Source: Lytechinus pictus | Lineage: Eukaryota | Assembly (NCBI RefSeq): GCF_037042905.1 | Contig: NC_087245.1 | Span: 2,854,001-2,918,000, forward strand | Length of the DNA: 64,000 bases | Reading direction: 5' to 3' | Shown here: positions 49,106 to 63,376 of the stretch, piece by piece | Layout: the number at the start of each line of letters is the position of its first letter | How positions within the stretch are numbered: position 1 is the stretch's first letter | Position numbers and translations under genes: made by a program | The notes under the pieces: model-generated | Database searches by the model: none | Seen by the model: the letters and a program-made list of their open reading frames with translations, nothing else | What the model was told of the DNA's origin: nothing

Positions 49106-51150
49106 ATGACTTTTTTTTTTTTTGGGGGGGGGGTAATTACTGAGCAATTACCAATTACCTACAAGAATAATGTGGCACATATAGCTACATATGCAGTTTG
49201 ATAGTCTTGTTTTGTTGTTATAGGTTAATATCATTTTGATATTGTTATATACTAGGATTTATCTTTGAATCTCTCATATCAACTGAGTTTCATCCTTAGG
49301 GTAGTAATATCCGTTCCTGAAAACTGATTAAAAAATAATAAGTGATATTGTTTAGATTGTAAGAGGATGAGTGGAAGGAACAGATGGAAAGAGACAATTT
49401 GGCACCTATTATTAGAAAAAATCTGAAGACAATGACCAGTGTGGACAATTTGTAAAATAAGACCGAAATGAAATCCAATTGTTTAAGATTGAAAGATAAC
49501 AGCCAGGAACTCAAAATCACTGACGCAGCCTACTAGATTTTGTTAGTTTTGAATTAACTCTAATGAAATGATTTCAAAACATGATAAAAAGCAATGTCTA
49601 TAAATAAGATTAGTATAGAAAACAACAAAAAGTATAGCTGGTAGTGGTATTTTGAACATAATTGTTACAGTCCCCTGCTAATGTGATGTAAAGGAGTTTC
49701 AAATCTCAATGTATAAACATTGCTCTGTAGTGCAAGTACTCCTTTTTGTACTCCTGAACATGAATGCAGTCAAGCTTGATACAAAACTTGATATGAAAAT
49801 CATTATGAAATTGACCAACATCTATAAAATGGAAATATAATTTGTTAGTGCTTTTTTTTATTATCAGAATTTACCAATTAAGTCTTTAAAATTCTAAGGA
49901 AGATTATTAGCATTTTGCAGAAGGATCTTATTCACTCCTCTTATCACTCTCTGTGGATGACACTTTGGTGATACAATCTATTACCATATAACTGACGCTA
50001 AATAAACCAAGAGAAGCTTTAATTGTCCTACTATGTCGTACTTCTGATAATTAATTGAATACAATCTGTCAACAATGAAAAAGGGGTGCTTGTGCCTGTG
50101 AGAGATGATGATATTCACATCTTTCAGCCTCACCAATACTACATGTACATGTAGTAGAAGTCAAAGTCCAAAATGCTGGACCCAATAATTAGTGTAAATA
50201 TTTGTAATGAACCAAGCTAGGCAATCATACACAATCTGGTATCACATGTGTTCTGAGAAATACAGATTTGATTAACTCAGTAGAATTATACCTTTTTTTT
50301 TAGTAATGTTTGATGTAAAACATTGATTAATATTAGAAACTCGAACAATGTTCATATTTTTATTGAGAAGGTCATGACCCTGTTCAAGGTCATAGCTACC
50401 CACTTCATTTCACCTAAAAGTCATGTCAATTTTCATAACAGGCAAACTTTAGATTAGCACATCTGCAATTGAGATTAGTTTCCATGCATGGTTGCATACA
50501 AGGCCATGCCTAACGATGGTATGCAGGCTTGCCTAATGGAAAACAAAGCTTACCCACATGCCTGTAAATCATATCTCATATCTCAATCATTATGTTCATT
50601 AGTAGCAATTAGTATTCATGTCATGAAAATTAGTACCATGGCCATGTTTTATCACAGAGCACTAGTTACAAATTGATCCGTCAATCAGACTGTCAAAATG
50701 TCATATTTTAATATCAACATACCAAAGCTTGTATAGTTTTCATTGATTAGGCTTATCATGTGTTCTGTAATATGTGGGTCTGTTATCAATGGCAAAGTGT
50801 TAATTGGAGTCAAGACCCTTATTACTTTTTGCACATTTAATCAATAGCATGTCCATGAACAAATTAGCTCCTATTATAACTACCAGATATACATGTATCT
50901 CAGCACAGATTCTGTTCAGTCATATCACTTGATAGTATTCTCAGTAGACTTCTCTCTCTTGAAACTAATCAAGTTGTATGTCATTCGATCAATTTAAAAA
51001 AAAAATATTTTTTTTACATGTGAAGCCAGATATCTACACAGGTTTTATTCATTTACTAATAGCAGGAAAACTGATGTATAGGATAATAACAACAAAAAAA
51101 GAACATATATGAAAAAGTGAAAGTTTAGTTATGTGCATGTATATGTATTT

Positions 51151-51151
51151 G

Positions 51152-51182
<31 letters not shown>

Positions 51183-51462
51183 TATAGGTACTGTATATTT
51201 ACCCAGGGAAGCCACTTCAGTTCTGAAAACTGTTCTTCCAGCGGGCCCTGCTATTATTATTACCCCGGCTTTAGCTGGGCTGCCTAGGTGCTCAAGATTC
51301 AAGGAATTTCTTCCTACCGGGTACCCATTCACCTCACCTGGGTTGAGTGCAGCACAATGTGGATACATTTCTTGCTGAAGGAAATTATGCTATAGCTGGG
51401 ATTCAAACCCATGACCCTCTGTTTCAAAGTCAGAAAAATAATCCACTGGGCCACAACCATCC
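51151..51462 (-). mobile_element. Full-length tRNA-derived SINE with (ATT)n tail
   Basis: Box A TGGCCCAGTGG, box B GGTTTGAATCC, core GCACTCAACCCAGGTGAGGTGAATGGGTACC, a 3' stem-loop, and a trinucleotide tail at 51151-51180. Confidence 0.9.
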
Positions 51463-53586
51463 ATTGTATTTATGTACTTGTGCTTAAAAAAAGCTATTGT
51501 TTGTAGAACATTGAAACTTGATGAATTTAACTAATGATGCAACGATTTTAACCCGTATCGGGAATACTAGTACAGTGTATTACGGTCAATTCTTATCAAA
51601 GCCTATTAGAGATTGCAGTAGCCAGTGGACTAAACAAAGGCTTTTCAAAACAGATACCATGGTATACTATTGGGAGAATTTGATAGATTGAAATGACATA
51701 AGTGTAACCTTTTCACATCTAACCAAAATATTACGTTCTACCAAGATACATTGAGGATACCATCTCTAACCTTGTGGGCATAATACTTGCTGCAACCAAT
51801 CAATGAACCTTCTTATCTCCTATGCCCTTACATGTAATTAACCCAATACAGGTGAGAAAATGTTGACACCTAATCAATTGCTGATTAATTTAGATATTGT
51901 TTGTTAATAGAAATTTGTCGTATCCTATATCATTTTGTATCATATTTATGAAATATATGGCCTACTTTTAACACCCTTCCTTCCACTCTCATTTTCCCTA
52001 TCTGATCAATAATCTTAATCAAGTTCAAGATAATTAGTTGGAGAGATCACAAAACAAAAGATGAAATTTATGGAGATCTTCCACCTATCTCGACCACAGT
52101 AATTAAACATACAAAATTTGCTGGTCACTGTTTCCGTGGTGAGAAGGAAGTTGTCAAGTCTGATGTACTTTTGTTGCGCCTCCCTCAGAAAACGAGAGGA
52201 CAGAGACCTTTAAATTTTATTGATTGTAACATATATGTAGGGATACAGATAATTTGTGACACGATTTACTCATGTCAGATCTCGAAGCCTGGTGTACCAT
52301 TGTTGATTCATTCTTGGATTCATCTGATTTGTAGTGTAGTCAAGATAAGCATATTGTGTCTCATGATGCTTTTACTTGAAAAATGTTGATAGCTGCAAAC
52401 GCCCCATTTCTAAAAGCTTTGACTTCACTGGGAGATGGAAGATGTAATGATACTGATGTGATAAAATGATGATGTGAATGGAATTTCGTATCAATGAACT
52501 TGGCCTTTAGTGTCCATTCAAGTGTATATCAAAGTACATGTACATGTCATGGCTTCATTAAAAAATAACTGGTATTAAATGCCAAAACATTTATATGGGG
52601 CATGAGAGTTTTTAAAAGTTTATAGTAGATATATAGGGAAGAAGGATTATGTCCCAAACACTGTCTGTACATGTACAGTACATCTAAATTATTCATACAA
52701 TCTTGTTCTAATATGGATTATGATTTCTTCCATTTTTCAATCTTTAAGTAAGTGAATATCTGGAGTTCTTATGTTTATAGATAATGTAGATCCATTTTAG
52801 TCTGCATAGGATATTAATCAAACTGTAAAATCGCCATGTTTTATTGAAAGAGAAATCTTGTGAATTTATCTATCATCTAGCTTACAAATGAGATTACAGG
52901 GCTACCAGAGTAGGCAGTTTTTTTTTTTTTTTTTTGGGGGGGGGGGGGGGGAGGGGGGAATGGGCTACTTTTCACAAACCTGCCTATCTGCCTCAATCTG
53001 CAGCATTGGACAAACTTTAAAATCCCATGTTGATAGGGATTTTCCGAGGCTCTTTTTTTTTCTATGACTCTTTTGGGCATATTTGAGGGAAAATCGCCCA
53101 AACTCCAGTATAATTTTTTCCCCTGTACCAATGTCTCCAACATATCCGCTAGTCTATCTTCTAAGGGGATAGAAGGAACTGATAAAAGTTAGCCAGGCGG
53201 CAATGCACAATTACCTCCAATACCCAAGGCACGATAAAGCAGAGGTCACAGCGTTTCTTTGCGATAGTTAGCTTATCGTTCTAAATGACTCCAAGCAATT
53301 AGATTTCAGTGAGATGAAGTAGACTAATGATACAGAGATAGGGAATAACTACCAGAAGATGAACCTTCTTGAGATGGGATTAGTGGTCAGTGAAAGGTCA
53401 GATTGATAGATGAAGAATGGATGAAAATAGGCAAGATGCTTAACAGTGTGTGGAATTGGGAATGGTCAGTAAAGTTAATTCTAAGAATTTGAATAATACT
53501 TGAATTTGAAAGGAAGGAGTGAGGTACATGTTAGATGATAAAAGATGGACCTGATTAATGCTTTTATTTGTTGACAATTTTGTTGG

Positions 53587-54527
53587 TTAAGGACGTTGCA
53601 CAGTTAAAGTGAAATCCATGTCATTTTCACCAAACTATGCACATAGATACTTTAGAACCTTAATATTCGAAATATGTAAAAATTAACATAGGTCCATGTG
53701 CTTGATTTTTTGCTATAGAGCTTCAAACTTCACCCAAATTGATGTTCTTAAGAATTGCGCATTAAAAAAAAATTGGCATTTTTAGACCGCCCAAGATTAC
53801 AAGAATGAGTTTAAACCTCTATTACTCAGTCAAAATACAAGAAAAAGTCATCAAATTTCGCAAGAGAGTTAATAATTGTATCGTTAGAATGGAGAATCTA
53901 TTTATAGTGCTATTTGTTTGCAATTTTAAGTTTAACAGCACTGTCAGTTCTTAAAAATGGCGTCAAAGATAACAAAATCCCAAGGCTAAAAAATGTAAAA
54001 TTTCAGTAACAAACTACAAACGTACAATAAATGCTGCACTTTATTCAAAATCCATGTCATTTTCACCAAAATTTGTAGAGTTGTAGAAGAAGGTATACCT
54101 AAGAGGTACAAACATAAAAAAATAGGGGTTCATGTGCTTGTTTTTAAATTATCAGCATTTTTATTAGAGCAAATGTGCTTTTTAAAACACCAAAAATGCG
54201 CCGAATGCTTAGTTTCTATGTGAAGAAAAAATCAAAACCACTCTACCATTTATTCAAACTCGGGGTAATATTCGTGATTCTTGGCAGCACTGCAGAGTAA
54301 AGTATTTTGAAATTGTAGAGAATATTTTTTTGAATGGTCCATGGAATAATTCCATTTTTTAGCTTCATGAAATAGCGCATCGGATCTGCAGTTAACTGAA
54401 GATGAGAAAAATCAGCTCATACCCGCAGCTAATTAATCACCTGTTCATCCATTGTGACGTCAGCGCGCAGAGTGTAAACTATGCGCAGATCATAATGCGC
54501 ACAAACATAACTGTGGAACGTCCTTAA
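53587..54527. mobile_element. Kolobok-like non-autonomous element with TTAA TSD
   Basis: TTAA|GGACGTTGCACAGTT...AACTGTGGAACGTCC|TTAA. Internal duplicated block AAATCCATGTCATTTTCACCAAA. Confidence 0.88.
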
Positions 54528-54700
54528 AAGGTTAAAAAAAGGTTAAAATGGAATTGATAACATTGATCTCTGAGAGAGAAGACAAGGGCCCTGAATCATA
54601 TTTAAAAAAGTCACAAAGATGCAAGACCAAGGTTATATCAAGATATAGTATGTGAGGAAATACATGCAGTTTGTGTCATTTAGAAATTATGAATCGCAAT

Positions 54701-55257
54701 TTAGAGGGGTAATCCAGGATGATTATGTAATTTTAGGAGATAAAGAAAAATCTAACTAACCAAACACTGAAAATTTGATCAAAAATCGACAAGGACTAAC
54801 AAAGTTATTAAAGATGTGCATATTTTGGTGAAACAGTTCTATCCATGTCTTCATGAATATTCAGTGAGAAAATTAATGATGTCATATTCCTACTTGCTTT
54901 TTTTTGTATTTTAGTATATGAAATTATTATTATTTATTCAAATTTTGTCCTCCAAGAATCAAAAAAATTGGTTGAAAACTGATTTTATGCATTTGATATT
55001 CATTGCTGCAGACATAATACCATACACTCATGAACTTTTCATGGAATAACATGGAAACATGTGCATGTAACATCATCCGCCCACCTGATGAATATTCATG
55101 ACAATGTGCATACAACTGTAAAAAAAAATATTGCTAAACTTTAATACCTTTGTTGTAATTTGCTATCAGGTTTTGATGAAATTTTTATCATTTTGCTTGT
55201 TTGATTTTGTTCTGTTTATTTAGATATGATTATTTTCAGCCCAGAGTACCCCATTAA
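54701..55257. mobile_element. Older Kolobok-like MITE
   Basis: TTAGAGGGGTAATCCAGG...CCCAGAGTACCCCATTAA with degraded inverted arms. Architecture resembles 41138-41716. Confidence 0.65.
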
Positions 55258-57897
55258 GAAGGTGCAAGCATGTGTGTGAAGTATACTGCCATGAAGGAAT
55301 AACTTCCCTCTATTCTGTTTTAGATGAGAGGAAGTCCCAGTTAGTCTAGAATGTAATTTAATAGTCTGTTTACTTAATTAAATGAGAGGGAGAGAGAAAG
55401 GGAGGGGGAGAGACACAGACAGAGAGAAACAGTATCCTGTTTTAATAGACTGCATCTGTGTAAAGTCAAGGTAAATTCAGGGGAAGGGGGGGGGGGGGGG
55501 CGAGTGGTGGTAACATTACTCAAAGAGGCGATGGATTTTCTGCCCAGCGCATCAGCAGTCACATGCTTATTTCTACAGTCAGACATGACTCTCAATTGTA
55601 AAAGTAGTCTTGTCTCTGGTCAAAATGTGTATTTTTGGATACCTGTTTGTTGCAATTATGTCTGAATCCAGCTATGAACCATAATTATTATCCAAAGTGT
55701 AAATATCTTCTGCACATTTCACAAAGCATTGATACACAATCCTATTATAATCTTTGCTCTGTCAAACCAGCCTTGTATTGTTAGGATATAAAAAAATTCT
55801 TCATAAAATCGGTTAAATGTAATCAATTGAAAATAAAAATTATATTATTTACTCTTTAAATTAAAAGGATTTATAGTCAATGTTCGTCTTTGCTCGTGAA
55901 GGGTCATTGTACTTGTACAAGTGCCAGCTATTTCGCCAAAACAAGACGAGATTTTTTTTTAATAGAAAGGTCGCAGAACTTAATATCAACAGTGTGACAT
56001 GTAAATATTAATACCCCAGTCAGAACACGAGAGATTTTGGCAGAGTGACTTGAGGAGTGATATTGTACCACAGACAGTGGGAGCATCTCAACAAGAAGGG
56101 ATAACAATTTACCCAGAGAAGTCTGTTAAAGAGAGGGAGAGATTGTGGGTAATAGCGAGGTTGAATTATTCGGTCTCGTTGAAGCATGTATAATTCATAT
56201 TTTTGGCGTGTCAATTGTCTTAGTTTCTGTTAATATTTGATGTATAACTAAACTTCAATGATAAAATGTTAATAGAAAATTTGCATATTATAAGAAACTA
56301 ATGTTGCACTAGACATGCAACTATAATTTTTCTTTGATTTGAAATATCAAAAGTGTCTACATGTACCAAATATGTTTCAAGCTCAAGTTTATATATTTTC
56401 CACAATCTGATAAAAAATACAAGTATAGTATAAAACATTCAGAAATACAATATATTCAAACTCCCTGATACAACATCATAATAACAATGCTAAGAGTCAA
56501 GTCTATCAACAAGTTGATTTGAATGAATACTGTATACAGTTTAATGCTGAAGATAAGATCATATTCCATTGTAAAATACAAATGGTATTTTTGTTGAATT
56601 ATTGCTTGATTTTACATCAGTATAGTGAGAAAGTCCATAATAATACATGTACCTTACAATTGCTATCCCTGTTCAATTTTTGTGTTATTCTGCTATCTGA
56701 TTTGGCTCCTTTAGTAATGAACATAACAAAATAATGTTTTGTTTATGAAAAAAACTTGTTCAAAATGGAAAATTCCTTTAAGATCAAATCTACATTATAT
56801 ATGAAGAGAAGCCAGTGTGTGATGACATGGGGTCCTTCATTTTGGCTTACTATTTTGTTATGTGTTTAACTATTTCATGAAAGTGATGAAACTGAGTGAA
56901 ACTTCAGAATCCCACAATTTTGATAATATGTTACTTCTGAATTTGCTCTATTTGATCAAAATGACTTTGTTGGATTGAACTTTAAAGCATGAATGTGCCT
57001 TCATAGCATCACCTTATAAAGTCCTCAACTACTCACATCTGGCCAGCATTATGCAACATTCTGAGTTGTTTAGTTTTGTTGGCCCACTTGGAAGATAACA
57101 CACCATTTCAGTACTCAATACATACATACCACACTATTATGTTACCAAGCAGCAACATTAAGTACTTTCCTCTCAAAAGACATTTTAGTTTCTGCATATG
57201 AATAAAGTTGTGGGCTAATTCATTCTCTGATTTATTGATAGTTCCCCCTTTAAAAACCTTTAAGGTAGCTATATGGACATATAGGCATCCAGCTGAAATA
57301 TGTTCTTCAAAGTTTTAATACAAATTCAGTTGAATTAGAAATGTATCATATTGAATAGGGGAAAAATCAATGAATAAGAAGGCTTCATGTGAATTGAATC
57401 ATTAGTAATTTATTTTTAAATACATTTTTTTTATATCTTGCAGTATATCTGGTATTGCAGGTAATTCAATAGCTTAATACAATGATGATTTGTGCAGATC
57501 TAGTTGAATATTAATACTACTAGAGAGCAGATAATCTGAAATTTTATTGTAAGATTTAATGGTTAGGATATTTTTTTGCTCCTTGTGTACAAGTATATAT
57601 TGGCATATTGCATCAAGAAGATGGCATATATAATTGGGTTGAAATATCTCTGAATTACAAGAAATATGATATCTTTGACAATCTATCCACATGCGATTAA
57701 CCCCTTTTCTAGTTGCAAAGAAACGTATCTCCCATCATAAGCCACCTGTAAATGACATTGCCGCCTTCATATTCTAGGCAGATATAACATTGGTTTTCAT
57801 CATCAGGTTTTTTTTTCAAGGGGTAGATGTAAAATTGGATTTGACTGAATTTAAAAAGAAATGAAAAGACAGTAAGAGTTAAGAGTTTACTTCAACC

Positions 57898-59420
57898 TTA
57901 AGACCCTTTCACAATTGACGTATGACCAGTTTACGACCGCCTGCAACAGTTTTTTCTTGTTGTTGCACGATCAATCTCTTGGGTGTCTTGCGAGCACTCA
58001 CAGTCGTTGTGGTCGTGACTGGTCGCATCTGAACTTTGAACATGTTCAAAATCCAAACGCGATCAAATACGATCGATCCACTCGCATCAGATCGTACCAT
58101 CTGTCGGGCGATCATTGTGTGAGTGTTGTTCAACGTTGTATGACTTGATGCGAGAGGTGGCACAACTAAGTGGTCGCATTTAGTAGACTGGAGGCCGTAC
58201 AACACTTGCACATGTGCTAGGGACTTATAGAGACCAGTCTTGCGACTGGGTGTGATAATATATAGGCCATAAGACTGTTGCAAGACCGATTGCTACACGG
58301 CTTACAACATTGCACTACCATTGCATTCGCATGTTTGCGACCGTTTCTCGGTGTTACAAAATAGAAGTTAAGAATGAGCTTCAGAACGTTTTCGGTCTTC
58401 ATTGGAAAAACATGGATGTTGTCATTCCACTTCAAATGCACCCTCACAGGATGATGAGGTTGCTGCATCTTCAGCTACAACTACAACGCAGCTCTTATTC
58501 GTGCCAGACAACGGGTATACGACAGAAGATAATGTTGCTGGTGGGGGTGTTTGGTCAGTATGGTACCCTAATGGATGAGCTTAAGAGAGAATGCCAAGAG
58601 GATTTTGTGAACTATATGCGCATGGAACCAGCTATGTTCTATGAGCTCCTGCAACGTATTTCTCCAAGGATCCAGAAAAGCAAACGGAATTGACAGCCAT
58701 TGGACGCTGGTCTCAAGCTGGCTTATCACATTGAGATATATGGTGACGGATAGCAGTTACAAGATCCTCCAGTACTCATTCCGTGTCGCCCACAATACCA
58801 CAAGTGTGTTCATTCCGGAGCTGTACCAGGCTATAGTTGAAGAATACAAGGATGAGGTGTTCGACTTTCCCACTACGAGTTAAGGATGGAAGAAGATGGC
58901 CGAGAAGTACTGCAAGAGATGGAACTTCCACCATTTATGCGGTGCCCTTCTATGGAAAACACGTTGCATTAAGGAGGCCGTGAACATCAGGCTCTTTGTA
59001 CTACAATTACAAAGGATTTTTCAGCATCATACTACTGGCATTAGTTGACGCAGACTATACTGTGGGGTGATATATCGGTTCTCAAGGATCTTCCTCTGAT
59101 TGCAAGATCTTCAACCACAGTCCACTCAGAGCTGGACTCGAAAATGGAACACTTGGCCTGCCTGATCCAGAAGCCCTCCCAAATGATGACAAACCCATTC
59201 CATACTTCATCGTGGGTGATGACGCATTCTCCCTTAGGACTTGGATGATGAAGCCATGGATTGACCAATGGAGAACGAATATTCAATTATCGGTTGTCCC
59301 GTGCCTGTCGTGGAAAACAGCTTTGAAATTCTTGCACGGCACAATGCAGCAAGATCCAGAGAAGGCCAAAGTCATAGTGATGGCAGCAATGTGATTGCAC
59401 AACCTGATGACCTTATCTTC
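57898..59420 (+). mobile_element. Decayed PIF/Harbinger DNA transposon (left end plus transposase pseudogene)
   Basis: Left end TAA|GACCCTTTCACAATTG with ACGACC/GGTCG subterminal repeats, followed by a disrupted transposase. No right TIR seen. Confidence 0.85.
58391..59420 (+). pseudogene. Harbinger (HARBI1-like DDE) transposase pseudogene
   Basis: Frame-hopping motifs FVNYMRME..FYELL, ITLRY, WNFHH.CGAL, GKHV, YYNYKGFFSIILLALVDADY, VGDDAFSL..WMMKP and VVENSF. Several stops and frameshifts. Confidence 0.92.
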
Positions 59421-62369
59421 AGGACAATGACATTAAATATTTTAATGATAGAGAAATATATAAGATAAGAGAGTCTCTGTGAACACCAAACATTCTTTCA
59501 AAATCAGAAAAGAATATTTCACAAGTTTTTCCTCGCAGAGTCACATTGCATGCACTTCATATTGATTTTAAATATGAAAACGTGATTATAACATGAACCC
59601 TTAGTTGCCAACTAATGTTAATGATAATGTCTCCAACCAACATTTTAAGAAATATCGGAAGTCATGAATTATTGATTGTCACATAAAATCAAACAAAGTT
59701 AAGTGTGGTATCTCATGTGATTATTACTCCTGTAGTCCTCGCCCATCTTCAATCCATTGATCCTCACTGTTCATTGTCTGTTTGAGTCTCTCAAGGGTAG
59801 TGCTCTAGCAACAATTTGTTGACTCAGAATTGTGGTTTTGGAGGAAGATTCGTTAGCTCTATCTAGGTGCTGACTTCAACACTTTTTATAATTTAGTCAC
59901 GATTCAGAATGGTCTTCTTAAAAGCAGTTTAATTCAATCTGAACCATTATTAAAACCAAAAATAATTGAAAAATAGAATTGATTCTTATTGCTGCTCAAA
60001 TCAAACATGTATTTTCACAGTGTGAGTAAGCCAGTTGTTCCTTTGCTTCATCTGGGAAGAAGGGCCTTGGTTTGTTTTATTTTTTTGCAAACTATATATG
60101 CTGAATGTAAATTGAAAACTTTATGATCTTTCATCATGTGGTATTTCTTGACATTTGCAGTTGTAGGATACAATCTGGATCAACTTATCATGTGAAAGGA
60201 CAAGTCCTTTTAAGGTGATTTTTTTTAACTTAAATTTGGTAATATCTAATGATTTTGCATTATTGCACTGTAATTAATGACTGATTTATCTCTTGCGTCT
60301 TTATCTTTTCTTGATTCTAGTTCTGTAAAACTCATATCATTAATCTTCCTGAATACTGGATATAGATTACTTATGCTTTTAAATTCATGAAGTATATTTT
60401 AGTCTGCCTATCTTACGTCTATCCCTGTCAAAATGTCATTTATTACAAAATTCCATTCATTTATTTCAAAATGCAAAACTTGACATTTCCCTGTAGCTGG
60501 TTTCTTCTTAGAATGAAAGAAGAAGAGATTTATATTCTAACTGAGTGCATATTCTTTTTTTTATTTGTATGTATTTTCAGTGATTACAGGAAAGTGTGTC
60601 TATGAATACAAAACTTAATTAAAACAAAATGATTGCTTTCTATTTCTGACTGAGATGATTACTCTCTGACTTTGCCATACATTATTACATTCTTTTGTCT
60701 GCATCATGATAACAAAAGATTAGACTGAAATATTGAGATAATGCACTCTCTTACACATGAAGTTTGAGATCTTTATTATCCGCAACGTTATTAAATTCAT
60801 GATAATTTGGATTGAAAGTGTGTTTCTTAGTGTATTGCCCCCTCCTGGATCTGTGTTTTGATTGTAATCAGCAGGGAACAGGTATGGATCCTTCAGCTGT
60901 AGTTCTCTCACTTGCAGGTAGTGTACCTTCTATTCTCAATTGATCTTTAATGACCTTATTAAGGTCATCTCTTCAATGATTCATTACTTATCACTAAAAC
61001 ACCAGGAAATTGGTATTGCTGCATTCCATTTGAGATTGGTGTTTGATGTGCATCTTCAAGTTTGGATGATGATTATTGTGAGCCCTATTCAGATCTTGCA
61101 ATTATTCAAGTGATAGAAAATATGTGTACCTATGAAAATATATTTGCAATGTGAATTTTCAATATTGTCTAACAAGTTGTTAGTGTTAGATTTTAATTTA
61201 ATTTTGATTAATTTTGTTCATCATGCTACATTTTCATTTAATATCATAAGTCAATTAACCTTTTGTAAAGCTTTTCTTGTGTTTCCTTAATGCATTGTCA
61301 TCTTGAATTGTATTTGTGTTTCATTTTCAGAACAAACTTCTTTTTTTCAGAGCGATATGGAAATAGATTTATTCTACTATAAGAAAATTAACCTTAATTA
61401 GCTCTTTTCTAGAGACTTGATGTATTCATCCTACTTGTTATATTACTCTTTACGCTTTCAGAAGATCATTTCTTTGTAGCAACTTTTTATTGTCAAGTGC
61501 AGATCCTTACAGCAGTCTCCTATACTTAAAATGATAGATTTGGCGCTAGGGTACTATATGCATTCATTACATGCAGTATGGAGACCTTCTTTGGAGGTAA
61601 TTATTTAACCCCTCTCTGGTAGTGCCCCTTGCGCAGGGCATAGAAATCATGAGCGTGAAATTAAACAGTATGAAGCCCTTATCAATCTTCTAGTTGAATA
61701 ACCTTAATACTTGTAAGAGGTGACTTTGGCCATTGACTGTCCTCACAATACATCAAGGAGATATCTTTTTTGCTTGTTATTTCTTATAGTGTAATACTAT
61801 TTTTCTTTGTAGTCAAATCTGAAAATATCCTTTTCTCTTAAATTTGTGATTTCCTTTTTTGGGGGTCCATTTATCCAAACATACCCATTTGATAAATGTA
61901 CCTTATGCATATGAGGAATGTGTTAAAAGCAATCCCCTCATTTGATAAGTGGCAAAAGTGTAAAATTTGCATAATTATGGGCTTTTCAACTTCCAGATGT
62001 TTTTGCAATATGTTTGCAGTCATGAGACACAATGCAGTATTTCACCTGTAGTAGGCCCTATATCTTCATCATTATGCATAATTCATTTAGTGATAAATAT
62101 TAAATAGTAGGCTTAAATTCAAAAGAACTAAATGAGAACTTTGGTTTATACTAAATATATTAAAGAGATGTTATTCACTCTGTTTTAGTGTGTTTTGTCA
62201 TAATAAATATTTCTTCATTCGTAATTTCCTCATTTTCATTGTCCATCTCTATTTTCTGTCTTGAAGTGCAGCCAAATGCTATTCTGCTAGCTGTATGAAA
62301 GCTTTTAAATCATTTACAAAGCAGACAAATTTTATTTTATTGTATCAGCAATAGGTATCAACTAACCTG

Positions 62370-62708
62370 GTGGGTGTTTCATAAAGCTGTTCGTAAGATA
62401 AGAGCGACTTTAAGAACGACTGGTGATCCTTTCTTATGGTAAATGGTATATTCAATGGCGATGGTTTAGCGCGTAAGAAGGATCACCAGTCGTTCTTAAA
62501 GTCGCTCTTATCTTAGGAACAGCTTTATGAAACGGCCCCAGGAGGGCGTTTCATATTAAAAGCTGTTTGTAAGTTAAGAGCGACTTTAAGAAAGACTGGT
62601 GATCCTTTCTTACGCACTAAATAAATACCAATCAACATTTAAAGGAAAGGATCACCAATCGCTCTTAAAGTCTTCCTTAACTTACAAACAGCTCTATGAA
62701 ACAGCCCC
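62370..62708. mobile_element. Two tandem ~170 bp hairpin MITEs (62370-62538 and 62542-62708) at CWG sites
   Basis: Each has ~70 bp arms (GTTTCATAAAGCTGTTCGTAAG...GGTGATCCTT). Junctions read CTG|copy 1|CAG|copy 2|CAG. Confidence 0.88.
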
Positions 62709-63376
62709 CAGTTTAGTGTCCCCAAACAATAACAGGCCTAATATTTGTCATAGTTTGTAAAATTATATCTGCAAGGCATTCATTATATTAATCTCCTTGT
62801 GGTTGATAAGAGGATGAGACAATTCCATTTCTGATCACCTGATTGGAAAGTTGAAGCCTTTATTAGACAAGAAGATAAAAAAGTCTAGTAAATCCCAGAG
62901 AAATAAGGTAAGAAGATGAGATATGAAAGTAAGTTGACAAGATGCCAAAATAGGTCTAGAAGATGGGAAAAATGACTCAAGAAGATAAGGATACAATAAC
63001 CTGAGTCCTGCCAAGTTCAGTTTGATACTCCGGATAAGATTTTGGATGCCTTCTCGATTATCACAAAATATAATGGGAAAGTGTACATGAAGTACGAAGT
63101 TCGACTTGATAGTTCAACATCTAAGTTAGATTAATAATGCATATAGGCCTATAGTCAAAATAGTCAGGATGCAAGACTGCACTACATGCAATAAGCACAT
63201 AGGCAATGATGCATGTAATGGAAACGGGTTGCTAGCAATGAAATATCTCCTGACTTTTTAAAGGTTTGCTTTTATTATTGCTTGTTTTTTGAGGTGGAAT
63301 CTAGATTTTGTTCTTAGAAATCTTCATTTTAAAACTGTTCTCTGTCAGCTGATAGGTCATGGCTTGGAAACTGACT

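Noticed and set aside
55320..55620. Possible intronic enhancer (GAGGAAGT, TGACTC, GA and G tracts)
   Set aside because: Short motifs are expected by chance; conservation or chromatin data are needed.
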